Source of the DNA: a virus
Taxonomy: Duplodnaviria; Caudoviricetes
Virus record (IMG/VR): IMGVR_UViG_3300027763_000057
Coordinates: 3,525 to 67,524 of that record
Reading direction: 5' to 3' (one strand)
Length of the DNA stretch: 64,000 nt
Below, piece by piece: positions 28,959 to 38,742 of this stretch (position 1 is its first letter; each line of letters starts with the position of its first letter). Position numbers and translations under genes: made by a program. The notes beneath the pieces were generated by a model. It was given only the letters and a program-made list of their open reading frames with translations. It had not been told where the DNA came from and made no database searches.

Positions 28959-29584
28959 TGGCATGGACTGACTTTTTTACGAAAATATTCGTTATAAATT
29001 TACCAGAAAGAACTGATAGGTTATTAGACATAGCCGGAGAGCTAAATAAATGGAGTATCCCATATGAACTAATTAATGCTATTAAGCATGAAAAAGGAGC
29101 AGAAGGATTACGCCTTACTGTGCAGGGGATATTTGAAAAGGCTGTTGAAAATAAATGGGATTCGGTATTGATTTTTGAAGATGACGCAATGTTTGTTGAA
29201 TCATGCGGCAATCCTAATGAAACAATGGAAATGGTAGTAAAACAACTACCCGAAGCTTGGCATATATTATTATTAGGAGCGCAAGTTACTGGTGGTTTTA
29301 AAGCAAGAATATCCCCTAATATATTACGAGTAGAGAAAGCTTTTGCCACTCACGCTTGGGCTTTATCATTGCAGGGAATGAAAGAGATATTGATTCAGGG
29401 TTTATATGCCCCAATAGATAATTGCATTGTTGAAAAAATACAACCTATGCAAGAAACTTACATAACATACCCGTTGCTTTGCACACAGAAAGAGGGAATG
29501 TCTGACATAGGCGGTCAATTTATAGATTGGCGACCATTCATAGAAAATAGATATTATCAAAAACTAGGAGAAGTACAATTATGA
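28958..29584 (+). CDS. glycosyltransferase family 25
   Basis: FVINLPERTDR...LIFEDDA. Confidence 0.85.
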   Translation: MAWTDFFTKIFVINLPERTDRLLDIAGELNKWSIPYELINAIKHEKGAEGLRLTVQGIFEKAVENKWDSVLIFEDDAMFVESCGNPNETMEMVVKQLPEAWHILLLGAQVTGGFKARISPNILRVEKAFATHAWALSLQGMKEILIQGLYAPIDNCIVEKIQPMQETYITYPLLCTQKEGMSDIGGQFIDWRPFIENRYYQKLGEVQL

Positions 29585-30276
29585 GAACATTATCAATCTG
29601 CATACCTACTTGGAATAGAGTAGAAATGACATTAAATAGTTTTAAAGATGTTTATAATGATGATAGGGTAGAAGCTATTATTATCGTAGATGACGCAAGC
29701 GAAATGCATATTTATAACAAATTAAAGGAGGAGTGTGATAAATTATCTAAAGTTAAGTTATATAGAAATTTGACTAATAGAGATTGTTATGCTAATAAAT
29801 ATGTATCCATTAGCTTATCCCCCACCGACTATTGCATTATATTAGACTCTGATAATCAAATAGATACATCGTACCTTGATAAAATTTTTGAACAAGAATG
29901 GGCAAAAGATATGATTTTAGCTCCTGATTGGGCAAAGCCAACATTTAATTATACAGAATACTCGGATTTAATAATCAGCAAAGACAATCTAAAAGAATAC
30001 ATAGATAAGCCAATGTTTGAAACTTGTTTAAATTGTATGAATTATTTTGTAAACAAAAATGCTTATTGTGATGTTTGGGATGCTACAACAGACCCCGTAA
30101 CAAGTGATAGCTTATTTCAAAATTACAATTGGCTAATGTCAGATAAGTATATTCATATTGTTCACGGATTAAGGTATAATCATTTGGTTCATAATCAATC
30201 TCATTATATAAATAATGTTCAAAGAACAGGTGATTTTAGAGAAATATTATTAGAAAAAATTAGGAAGTTAAATTAA
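29581..30276 (+). CDS. glycosyltransferase family 2
   Basis: SICIPTWNR...IIVDDAS...ILDSD. Confidence 0.88.
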   Translation: MRTLSICIPTWNRVEMTLNSFKDVYNDDRVEAIIIVDDASEMHIYNKLKEECDKLSKVKLYRNLTNRDCYANKYVSISLSPTDYCIILDSDNQIDTSYLDKIFEQEWAKDMILAPDWAKPTFNYTEYSDLIISKDNLKEYIDKPMFETCLNCMNYFVNKNAYCDVWDATTDPVTSDSLFQNYNWLMSDKYIHIVHGLRYNHLVHNQSHYINNVQRTGDFREILLEKIRKLN

Positions 30277-30293
30277 ATTAATTAATTTTACAT

Positions 30294-31031
30294 ATGGTAT
30301 CTTTTACAAATGCGGGAAGAATGGGTAATTGGCTTTTTGAAGCGGCTACAGCAATGGCTTACGCTTTAAAGCATGATTTAGATTTTACTGTTCCAAATGT
30401 AAGCAGCAATCCAAAATGGAATCCTATTTATTGTTTACATTTAGTAAACTCTAGTTACAATCCTGATATTGAAAAAATACAATTATGGGAAGGGAAGCAC
30501 TCGTATGAAGAGTTGCCTTTTGAAGAATCTTGGAGGGATAAAAATATAATAGTTGAAGGTTACAGGCAAACTGCAAAATACTTTGATGAATACAGAAGTG
30601 AGATTTTATATTTGTTAAAATTTGACTGGGTAAAGAAAGAGGGATATGTTGCAGTTCATGTTAGACGAGGAGATTATGTTACTTTAAGAGAAAAGCATCC
30701 TGAAGTTACTATTGAATGGTATGAAAAAGCTATGGCTATGTTTCCTGATTATAAATTCAAGTTTTTTTCTGATGACATTGCTTGGTGTATGGATGCGTTT
30801 AAGCATAGAAATGATTGCGAGTATTCCGGAAACACAGATGAACAAAGTGATTTAATAGAAATGAGTTGGTGTGAGCATCAAATATGTTCGCCTTCAACAT
30901 TTTCATGGTGGGGAGCTTATTTAAATAGAAACGAAAATAAAAAAGTAATATTCCCGCAATTTTGGTTTAGCGCAGGATGGTGCGGATTAGATACAAGCGA
31001 TATTGTAAACCCTGAATGGATAAAATTATGA
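30294..31031 (+). CDS. alpha-1,2-fucosyltransferase-like, GT11
   Basis: GRMGNWLF, HVRRGDY, FSDD, STFSWWGAYL. Confidence 0.92.
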   Translation: MVSFTNAGRMGNWLFEAATAMAYALKHDLDFTVPNVSSNPKWNPIYCLHLVNSSYNPDIEKIQLWEGKHSYEELPFEESWRDKNIIVEGYRQTAKYFDEYRSEILYLLKFDWVKKEGYVAVHVRRGDYVTLREKHPEVTIEWYEKAMAMFPDYKFKFFSDDIAWCMDAFKHRNDCEYSGNTDEQSDLIEMSWCEHQICSPSTFSWWGAYLNRNENKKVIFPQFWFSAGWCGLDTSDIVNPEWIKL

Positions 31032-31615
31032 TTCAATTAACTATGTTTGATTTTCAGCATTTCTATCAAAGGATTGCAAAAGAGCTTCCAGATGATTGCA
31101 AAGTTTGTGAAGTTGGTGTTGCTGATGGCGATAGTGCCATTTACCTAGCACAAGAAATAAATAGGCTTGGCAAGAAATTTAAGTTGTATATGGTAGATAA
31201 CATGGATTATGGTGGTTATCTGCAAATGAAGACTATTTACCAAAATATTATAAAAAGCGGTTTAGGAGAGTTTATTGAAGTAGTTCCGTTTGCAAGTTTA
31301 GAAGCAGTAAAATTATTCAATGATGGTTACCTTGATTTTTGCTTTATTGATTCGTCACATACTTACGATGATACAAAAAAAGAAATAAAAGCTTGGTATC
31401 CAAAAGTAAAAGACGAAAGTATATTAGCAGGGCATGATTACAATGCTTCTGATGTAAGAAAAGCGGTTGATGAAATTGTTCCGAAAGCATTTGTAAGAGA
31501 TGATGTTAACGAGCAAAGTTTTAATCCAGAAATTGTGTTACATTCTGAAGATACTTTAAATGAATGGGGTTTATGGTGGTTTAAAAAGCAATGGTATTTA
31601 AAATTAAATAAATAA
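31016..31615 (+). CDS. class I SAM methyltransferase (Methyltransf_24-like)
   Basis: EVGVADGDS, FIDSSHTY, GHDY. Confidence 0.88.
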   Translation: MDKIMIQLTMFDFQHFYQRIAKELPDDCKVCEVGVADGDSAIYLAQEINRLGKKFKLYMVDNMDYGGYLQMKTIYQNIIKSGLGEFIEVVPFASLEAVKLFNDGYLDFCFIDSSHTYDDTKKEIKAWYPKVKDESILAGHDYNASDVRKAVDEIVPKAFVRDDVNEQSFNPEIVLHSEDTLNEWGLWWFKKQWYLKLNK

Positions 31616-31617
31616 TT

Positions 31618-32625
31618 ATGAAAACAGCATGTGTATTAGGTGGACACGGGATGATAGGTATGCAACTTGTAAACAGACTAAAGAAAGAAGGTTTTTGGGT
31701 TCGTTCAGTAGACATTAAGTTTCCTGAATTTTCAGAGTCAACCGCAAATGATGTTTTGATAGCTGATTTAAGAAATATAAGCGAAGTTTCGAAAGCATTA
31801 TATGCGCCAAATCAAACTAGCATCTTTGACAAGGTTGGTAGTTTTGATGAGGTTTATATGTTAGCTGCTCAAATGGGTGGCGCTTTATATGTATTTACAG
31901 GAGATAATGATGCTGATATTATATACGATTCAACTATAATGAATTTAAATGTAGCAAAGAAAGCGTCAGAATTTAGCGTAAAGAAATTATTTTTTTCTTC
32001 TAGTGCTTGCGCTTATTCGGAAAGATTACAAGAGGATTTGAATAGTGCATCTTTGAAAGAAAATACAGCTTGGGATGGTAAACCTGATAGTGTTTATGGT
32101 ATAGAGAAGCTAATATCAGAGCAAGTTTACGATTCATTTAGAAGGAATAAAGGTTTAGATATTAGAATAGGTAGATTTCACAATATATTTTCTCCAGAAT
32201 GTACTTACAAAGGCGGCAGGGAAAAAGCTCCGGCTGCTGTATGTAGAAAAGTTGCAGAAGCAGATACCGAAATAGAAATATTTGGAGATGGATTACAGCA
32301 AAGAAGTTTCTTATATATTGATGAATGTTTAGATGGTATTAGAAAATTAATGGATAGCGAATATGTTTATCCGGTAAATATAGGTTCTGATGAAATGATT
32401 TCTATTAACGACTTGGCTAAAATGGTTATTGAGATATCGGGAAAGAAATTATCAATTAAAAATGTATCATCAAATGCATTAGGTGTTAGAGGTAGAAACT
32501 CTAACAATGAATTAATACACGAAGTAACGAGTTGGCGACCTACTCAATCTTTAAAAAAGGGAATGGAGAAGTTATACCATTGGGTAAGTGCAGAAGTAAA
32601 TCAATATAAAAGCAAAGGCATATGA
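31618..32625 (+). CDS. GDP-mannose 3,5-epimerase-like extended SDR
   Basis: GGHGMIG, LAAQMGG, SSSAC, YGIEK, GGREKAPAAVCRK, GVRGRNSNN. Confidence 0.9.
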   Translation: MKTACVLGGHGMIGMQLVNRLKKEGFWVRSVDIKFPEFSESTANDVLIADLRNISEVSKALYAPNQTSIFDKVGSFDEVYMLAAQMGGALYVFTGDNDADIIYDSTIMNLNVAKKASEFSVKKLFFSSSACAYSERLQEDLNSASLKENTAWDGKPDSVYGIEKLISEQVYDSFRRNKGLDIRIGRFHNIFSPECTYKGGREKAPAAVCRKVAEADTEIEIFGDGLQQRSFLYIDECLDGIRKLMDSEYVYPVNIGSDEMISINDLAKMVIEISGKKLSIKNVSSNALGVRGRNSNNELIHEVTSWRPTQSLKKGMEKLYHWVSAEVNQYKSKGI

Positions 32626-33257
32626 TGATATCATTTGACTACCTAGTCGAAAAACACAAATTGGATATAAAGGGAGTATTGCATTTAGGGGCTTCCACAG
32701 GACAAGAAAGAAATGCCTATGACACCTATTGTAAAGGTTGGGTAATTTGGGTAGAAGCTATACCTAAAGTTTATTTAGACCTTCAGCAAAATATAAAATC
32801 ATACCCACAACAAACAGCTTATAATGCTTGTTTAAGTAATGTAGATGGTAGCGATGTGATATTTAATGTGTCAAATAATGAAAGCCAAAGTTCATCAATT
32901 TTAGAATTGGGCGTTCATGCATTGATTCATCCTGAAGTGCATTATGTAGAGCAAATAGCTATGAAAACACAAAGAGTAGATACGCTATTAAAAGATGTAG
33001 ATGTATCTACTATTAATTTTCTAAATGTAGACTTGCAAGGGGCAGAGCATTTGGCAATAGAAGGAATGGGAGAATTGATTAAAAATATTGACTACGCATT
33101 GCTTGAGGTAAATAAAAAGGAAACCTATAAAGGGTGTATGTTGATAGAGGAGCTTGATTATTTTATGTTACAAAGGGGATTTGAGAGGGTTGAAACGGGG
33201 GAATGGGTAGCTGAAACATGGACAGATGCACTATATATCCGTAAATACAAAATATGA
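32622..33257 (+). CDS. FkbM-family methyltransferase
   Basis: HLGA...WVEA...SSSIL...NVDLQGAE...LEV. Confidence 0.88.
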   Translation: MMISFDYLVEKHKLDIKGVLHLGASTGQERNAYDTYCKGWVIWVEAIPKVYLDLQQNIKSYPQQTAYNACLSNVDGSDVIFNVSNNESQSSSILELGVHALIHPEVHYVEQIAMKTQRVDTLLKDVDVSTINFLNVDLQGAEHLAIEGMGELIKNIDYALLEVNKKETYKGCMLIEELDYFMLQRGFERVETGEWVAETWTDALYIRKYKI

Positions 33258-34072
33258 TACATATACCAGAAGAATTTACTCCCACAATAAACACAATATA
33301 CCCTTGGGAAAATGATATTATATTTGAAGATTGGGTTTCACACGAGCATATCGCAAACACAGAAAGGCAATACCTCCCAATTCAATGGACAGCATATCAT
33401 GTAAATAACAATTACGGGAATAACCCCATAGCAAGAAAGCAATTACAAGACTATGTAGATAAGTTACCTAAAGATTTGAAATATTGGACTATTTGCCAAT
33501 ACGATGACGGGGTGATGACTGATTTTAAAGATTTGGATATCTTGGTCTTTAGTATGAGTAAAAAAACAGGGGTGGAAATACCTTTATTGTGTAAGCCACA
33601 CTCGTACAAGTGGAATGGGAAGAAGTCAATATTTGCATCTTTCATTGGGACGCATACACATCCAATTAGGGAAAATGTATTTAATATAAAAAATAGGGAT
33701 TATTATGTTTCCGACAAAGTGCATAACATACAGGATTTTTGTGATATAATTTCTCATTCATTATTTGGATTATGTCCAAGAGGATATGGATTAAATAGCT
33801 TTAGAATAGGGGAATGTATGCAATACGAAACTATCCCCGTATATATATCGGATGAATTTATTAGTTGTTTTGATGCTAATTTTGAAAACTACGGCATTAT
33901 AATAGAAGAAAGGGATTCAAATAAAATAGAAGAAATTTTAAAAAGCTACACTGATTTACAAATAGTAGATAAGCAGTTAAAAATCAAGGAGATATACAAT
34001 GAATATTATACATACGAAGGAGCTTTTAACAAGATTAAAAACATTTTAAATGCAGATAGCAGTAATTCATAA
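33254..34072 (+). CDS. exostosin-like glycosyltransferase (GT47)
   Basis: FGLCPRGYGLNSFRIGECMQYETIPVYISD. Confidence 0.85.
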   Translation: MIHIPEEFTPTINTIYPWENDIIFEDWVSHEHIANTERQYLPIQWTAYHVNNNYGNNPIARKQLQDYVDKLPKDLKYWTICQYDDGVMTDFKDLDILVFSMSKKTGVEIPLLCKPHSYKWNGKKSIFASFIGTHTHPIRENVFNIKNRDYYVSDKVHNIQDFCDIISHSLFGLCPRGYGLNSFRIGECMQYETIPVYISDEFISCFDANFENYGIIIEERDSNKIEEILKSYTDLQIVDKQLKIKEIYNEYYTYEGAFNKIKNILNADSSNS

Positions 34073-34595
34073 TTTTGATTCACATACTAGATTTGATATG
34101 TTAATGCAGGAATTTAAGACTCAAGGCATAAAGGATTTTAAATTTTTTCCGGCAGTTCACGATAGTTATTCAGTCAAAAAGTCTATAAATTTAGCGCACA
34201 AGCAATGCATTAGATATGCATTAGATAATGATTTACCTGAAATATGCGTAATGGAAGATGATGTTCATTTTACTAACAAAAATAGTTTTTCTTATTTTTT
34301 AGAGCATAAACCTAAAGATTTTGATGTATATTTAAGTGGTATTTATTTAGGGGAAATCTTGGAGGATAATTCAGTAAAAGAGTTTTCCGGATTTCATTGT
34401 TATATTGTAAATAAAAAATTCTATGAAACTTACCTCTCCTTACCGGATGATGCTCACATTGACAGGGCATTGGCAGGTCTTGGAAAGTATTATGTATCTA
34501 GTCCTTTTATAGCAATTCAGCACAATGGATTTTCTTATAATACAAAAATGGAAATGAATTACGATGACCTTTTGATAGGTAGAGAATTATATTAA
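34050..34595 (+). CDS. GT25-like glycosyltransferase
   Basis: FPAV...NLAHK...VMEDD...FHCYIV. Confidence 0.75.
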   Translation: MQIAVIHNFDSHTRFDMLMQEFKTQGIKDFKFFPAVHDSYSVKKSINLAHKQCIRYALDNDLPEICVMEDDVHFTNKNSFSYFLEHKPKDFDVYLSGIYLGEILEDNSVKEFSGFHCYIVNKKFYETYLSLPDDAHIDRALAGLGKYYVSSPFIAIQHNGFSYNTKMEMNYDDLLIGRELY

Positions 34596-34667
34596 TTTAA
34601 TTAATAAATATATTTTGTTTTTTTTATTTACTTTTAATTAATTTTGGTAATAAATTTTATTTAGTTA

Positions 34668-37040
34668 ATGCAACAAGCTACAAATACATACCCTAATCAA
34701 CAGATTGACCCAAGGGAAAAGGGATATGATTGGATACTTCAATATTGCAAAGCGGCATGGGGTGATTCCCGTGGTTATGTGCCAAATAATATGTTGAATT
34801 TTGGTCAATCTAAAATGAATGAAATTAAAGAGTATGCATTAGGAAGACAAAGTACTTCAAAGTATAAAAAACTTTTAAATGTAGATGAGCAAACAGATAA
34901 AACATGGCTTAATACAGATTGGACTCCGCCATCATTTTTAACAAAGTATAGAGAGATAGCTATTTCAAAACTTGTTCAAAGGCGTTATGATTTGCAAGCG
35001 TTTGCAGTTGACCCTTTAGCTAAAAGTGAAGAAGATGAACGCTTTAATGAAATGAAAGTTAAGGTGATGATGCGTGAAGCTGCAATGAAGGCGGGTAATG
35101 AAGAATTAGCTAATAGCCCTGTGTTAAAACCAATGGAAGGTGAGCCTGAAGATATGGAGCAGTTGTTGATGGAACAACAATTTGGTTACAAACATGTTAT
35201 GGCAATGGAAGCAGAATGTGCTATTGCTTTGACAATGTATAAAAATAAATTTGACGAAAAAAGAAAAAGAACTCTTGAAAATTTATTTGATTTTGGTATT
35301 GGTGGATATACTGAATATATAGATGAGAATGGTGCTGTAAATGTAAGAGATATTAATCCCGAAAATTTAGTATTATCGTATTGCGCAAAAAATGACTTTT
35401 CCGATTTGGTACATTTTGGAGAAGTTAGAGAAGTATATGTAGGGGACCTAGCACCTTATTTTTCCCCCGACCAATTAAATTTGATAGTTCAATCTGTAGC
35501 CGGACGTTTTGGTAACCCATCTAATTTTATGTATGGCACAGACTATTCAAAGTATTGGAATCGTTTTAAGGTGCTTATTTTAGATTTTGAATTCCTATCA
35601 TGGAATGATTACACTTATAAAGAAGAAGTAGATAACAGAGGCAATGCTCGTTTTGGTAAAACAAAGTATCAGGATTCAAGCAAAATGGACTTGGCGGTTA
35701 ATGAGAAGGGAACAATTGAAAAATTTGACTACGCAGGGTCTGTGCCTAGTTTAGTTGACTCAAAGAGTAAAGGGCAAGCCGAGCCTGTATATATGCCTGT
35801 TACTAAAAAGGTTGTTTATAAGTGCAAATGGTTAATTCAAACTGATTATATGTATGATTGGGGTATGTCTGAAAATCAAATTAGACAACCTTCGTCTTGG
35901 TGGGATACAAAATTAAACATCCAATTATACTCATGGAATTTCTATAAGATGCGTTTTGCAGGTATTACAGAAAGATTGATTCCTTTAGAAGATAAAGCAT
36001 GTTTAGCTTGGTTTAGGCTTCAAAATATGTCTAACAAATTAATTCCGTATTTAATAAATATAGATTTAAACGCATTAGAAGGTGTTGATTTTGGAGGAGG
36101 TGGAGATAAGATGAACCCAACAAAGGTTATGGATTTTATATTTTCTAATTTTGTTGTTCCTTATCGTTCAACAGATTTATTAAGTCAAAATCCAAACTAT
36201 AAGCCGGTAAGCATTGAAGCTTCAGGACAATTAGCTGTATTTAGCCAATTGTATCAAGAGTTGCAAAATACTATTGATATGATGCGTCAAATATCAGGAT
36301 TAAATGAATTGACAGATGGCTCTACTCCAAATGCAAAAACGTTAGTTCCAGTTGCAAATGCTGCAATGGAAAGTACTAATAATGCTTTATACTTGTTAAG
36401 CTTTGCTGACAAGCAATTGGTGCAAAATGTTGCAGATGCTATTGTTGCAAAAGTACAGATAGCTGTTAAATTAGGTAAGGTAGAAGGTTATGGTAGAGCG
36501 TTAGGTACGGAAACTGTTAAATTTTTCCAAATTAATCCTGACTTGTCTATTCATGAATTTGGTATATTTATTGAAGATAGCCCATCTGATTACGAAAGAC
36601 AGCAATTAATACAAGAGTTAAATATTAGAGATTCTCAAGGATTAATTGAGCCTGAAGATAAAATACTTGTAATGAGTTGCCGTAATTTAAAAATGGCATC
36701 AATGATACTTGCATATAAGATTAAGAAGCGTAGAGAGAAGATGCAAGAATACGAATTACAGAAAGTAAGAGAAGCTTCTCAAGGTAATGCAATGGCAGTT
36801 CAAACAGCTGAACAAGAAAAGCGTATCACATTGCAAGACCAATTAAATGCAGATATAGCTAAAATTAACGCTGAAAAACAATGGGAATATATTATTCAAA
36901 TGGGTAAGAAGGATAAAGATATTCAAGAAGCTGAAATACAAAAAGAAGCAAAAGTTATTGCTCAAAGAATAGCAGCAGATGCTAGAATAGCGGTAAGCGA
37001 CAAGAAGCAAGTACAAACAATGACATCCAAAACAAAATAA
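34668..37040 (+). CDS. portal protein
   Basis: 790 aa, ISGLNELTDG motif, C-terminal coiled coil; lies between terL and scaffold/MCP; TAATTTTG upstream at 34639. Confidence 0.85.
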   Translation: MQQATNTYPNQQIDPREKGYDWILQYCKAAWGDSRGYVPNNMLNFGQSKMNEIKEYALGRQSTSKYKKLLNVDEQTDKTWLNTDWTPPSFLTKYREIAISKLVQRRYDLQAFAVDPLAKSEEDERFNEMKVKVMMREAAMKAGNEELANSPVLKPMEGEPEDMEQLLMEQQFGYKHVMAMEAECAIALTMYKNKFDEKRKRTLENLFDFGIGGYTEYIDENGAVNVRDINPENLVLSYCAKNDFSDLVHFGEVREVYVGDLAPYFSPDQLNLIVQSVAGRFGNPSNFMYGTDYSKYWNRFKVLILDFEFLSWNDYTYKEEVDNRGNARFGKTKYQDSSKMDLAVNEKGTIEKFDYAGSVPSLVDSKSKGQAEPVYMPVTKKVVYKCKWLIQTDYMYDWGMSENQIRQPSSWWDTKLNIQLYSWNFYKMRFAGITERLIPLEDKACLAWFRLQNMSNKLIPYLINIDLNALEGVDFGGGGDKMNPTKVMDFIFSNFVVPYRSTDLLSQNPNYKPVSIEASGQLAVFSQLYQELQNTIDMMRQISGLNELTDGSTPNAKTLVPVANAAMESTNNALYLLSFADKQLVQNVADAIVAKVQIAVKLGKVEGYGRALGTETVKFFQINPDLSIHEFGIFIEDSPSDYERQQLIQELNIRDSQGLIEPEDKILVMSCRNLKMASMILAYKIKKRREKMQEYELQKVREASQGNAMAVQTAEQEKRITLQDQLNADIAKINAEKQWEYIIQMGKKDKDIQEAEIQKEAKVIAQRIAADARIAVSDKKQVQTMTSKTK

Positions 37041-37041
37041 A

Positions 37042-37536
37042 ATGGTAAAATCTTTATTATCGAAAAGTATGAAAAGCGTCTTGCAAGAGGCGTTATATTT
37101 AGAATTATATCAATCTAATCTTTGGAAGGCTTTGGCTAACCAAATGCAACGATATGGTTTTTTTGGTACACAAAAGTATTTCTTGGCAGAAAGCGAAGAA
37201 GAATTAACACATTACCAAATTCATGTTGAGTTTCAAAATGATATGGGTGATTGCGCTGATATGCCTTCAATAGAAGCTATTAAAGATAAAGTAAAAACTA
37301 TTGGAGAATCTTTGGAAATAGGTTATGAAATGGAGCTTGAGGTTTACAATAAATATAAAGAATTTTACAAAATGGCAGAAGATGAGGATTGCGTTGTAGG
37401 ACAATTCTTACTTCAATTTTTAGAAATACAAAGAAAGGCGGTAGGTCATTATGGTGATTTACTTGCAAAATATGCAACAGCTGAAGCAACTAAAGAAATA
37501 TTAGAATTTGACCAACATATCAACGATGTTCCTTAA
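37042..37536 (+). CDS. ferritin-like protein
   Basis: Four-helix bundle with ferroxidase-type residues: ELY, EEELTH, ELEV, FLEIQ. Confidence 0.85.
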   Translation: MVKSLLSKSMKSVLQEALYLELYQSNLWKALANQMQRYGFFGTQKYFLAESEEELTHYQIHVEFQNDMGDCADMPSIEAIKDKVKTIGESLEIGYEMELEVYNKYKEFYKMAEDEDCVVGQFLLQFLEIQRKAVGHYGDLLAKYATAEATKEILEFDQHINDVP

Positions 37537-37586
37537 ATTTTTTTATTTAATTTAATTTATATAATTTCGTAACGAAAAACACAAAT

Positions 37587-38711
37587 ATGTCAGAAGAACA
37601 AAATCAACAATCAACACAGGAAGAAGCAAAACCGGTTTACAAAGCTAGCACGGGTATCCCAAGCGTAGAAGATTACAGAGAGGCTGAAAGTAATAACTTT
37701 CAATCCGAAGGAGAACCGTTAGTAGAACCGCAAAATGTTCAAAATGAGTCAGTTGATAATGCGCCACTTGAAGATAACGCATCATCTTTCTCAATGCCAT
37801 CACTTGATGGAGAAGAAGAAGTAGAATCCAATTCAGCAAGTGCCGTAATTTCGGATTGGAAAGAAGAGTTAAAAAAAGCAAATCCAAAAGATATTTTAAA
37901 AGAATTAGGATATGATGATTTTTTAGCTGAATTCGCAGAGTATAGAAAGAATGGAGGAGATGCATATAAATATTTAGAAGCAAGAGCGTTTGATTGGGAT
38001 ACTGTATCGCATCAGGATTTGATTTTAGATGAATTAAAGTCGCAATACCCACATCTAACTGAAGATAAAGTTGAGAGGCTATATCAGGCTAAATACAAGC
38101 AATCTGACATGGCATCTGATGACGACAGAGAAGTTGGATTAATTCAATTGGAAGCAGACGCAGAACTTGTAAGACAAAAAAGAGTTACCGAACAGAGGCA
38201 GTTCCAAATACCAGAGCCTGCAAGAATGCAAGAGGCAAATACACAGGCAATGTATGAGGAGCAGCGGAAGTTAGAAATAGACCAATCACAAAAGATTATT
38301 CAATTTTTTCAGGAACATGAAGCCACTAAAAACTTATATCAAAGCAAGAGAGTTGCTATTGATTTGGGTGATAATGGTAAATTCAATTTTAACATTGATA
38401 AACCTGAAAATCTAATGTCAGTAGCGTTAGATTCGGAAAAATGGCAAAGAGCAATATCAGTAAATCCGCAAGAGGCAGATGTGAGCAAGCTTATTCCAGA
38501 TGTCGCTAAATTGCAAAAAATTGCATTAGTGGCAATGAATCCAAACTATGAGAGAGATTTAGTGAACTATGGTAAATCATTGGGGCTGAAAGCTATTGTG
38601 GAAGAAGGGCAGAACGCACGAAGACCAATAGGTAATACACCTGCCCAACCCAATGAATCGTTTTCTGAAGCTATTAAAACAAGAGCTAAAGTAAGCACAC
38701 TAGGCAGGTAA
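37587..38711 (+). CDS. putative capsid scaffolding protein
   Basis: Acidic, disordered N-terminus and helical body directly upstream of MCP. Confidence 0.65.
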   Translation: MSEEQNQQSTQEEAKPVYKASTGIPSVEDYREAESNNFQSEGEPLVEPQNVQNESVDNAPLEDNASSFSMPSLDGEEEVESNSASAVISDWKEELKKANPKDILKELGYDDFLAEFAEYRKNGGDAYKYLEARAFDWDTVSHQDLILDELKSQYPHLTEDKVERLYQAKYKQSDMASDDDREVGLIQLEADAELVRQKRVTEQRQFQIPEPARMQEANTQAMYEEQRKLEIDQSQKIIQFFQEHEATKNLYQSKRVAIDLGDNGKFNFNIDKPENLMSVALDSEKWQRAISVNPQEADVSKLIPDVAKLQKIALVAMNPNYERDLVNYGKSLGLKAIVEEGQNARRPIGNTPAQPNESFSEAIKTRAKVSTLGR

Positions 38712-38742
38712 AAAATTATTTTACTTTTTAAAACCAAAAAAA

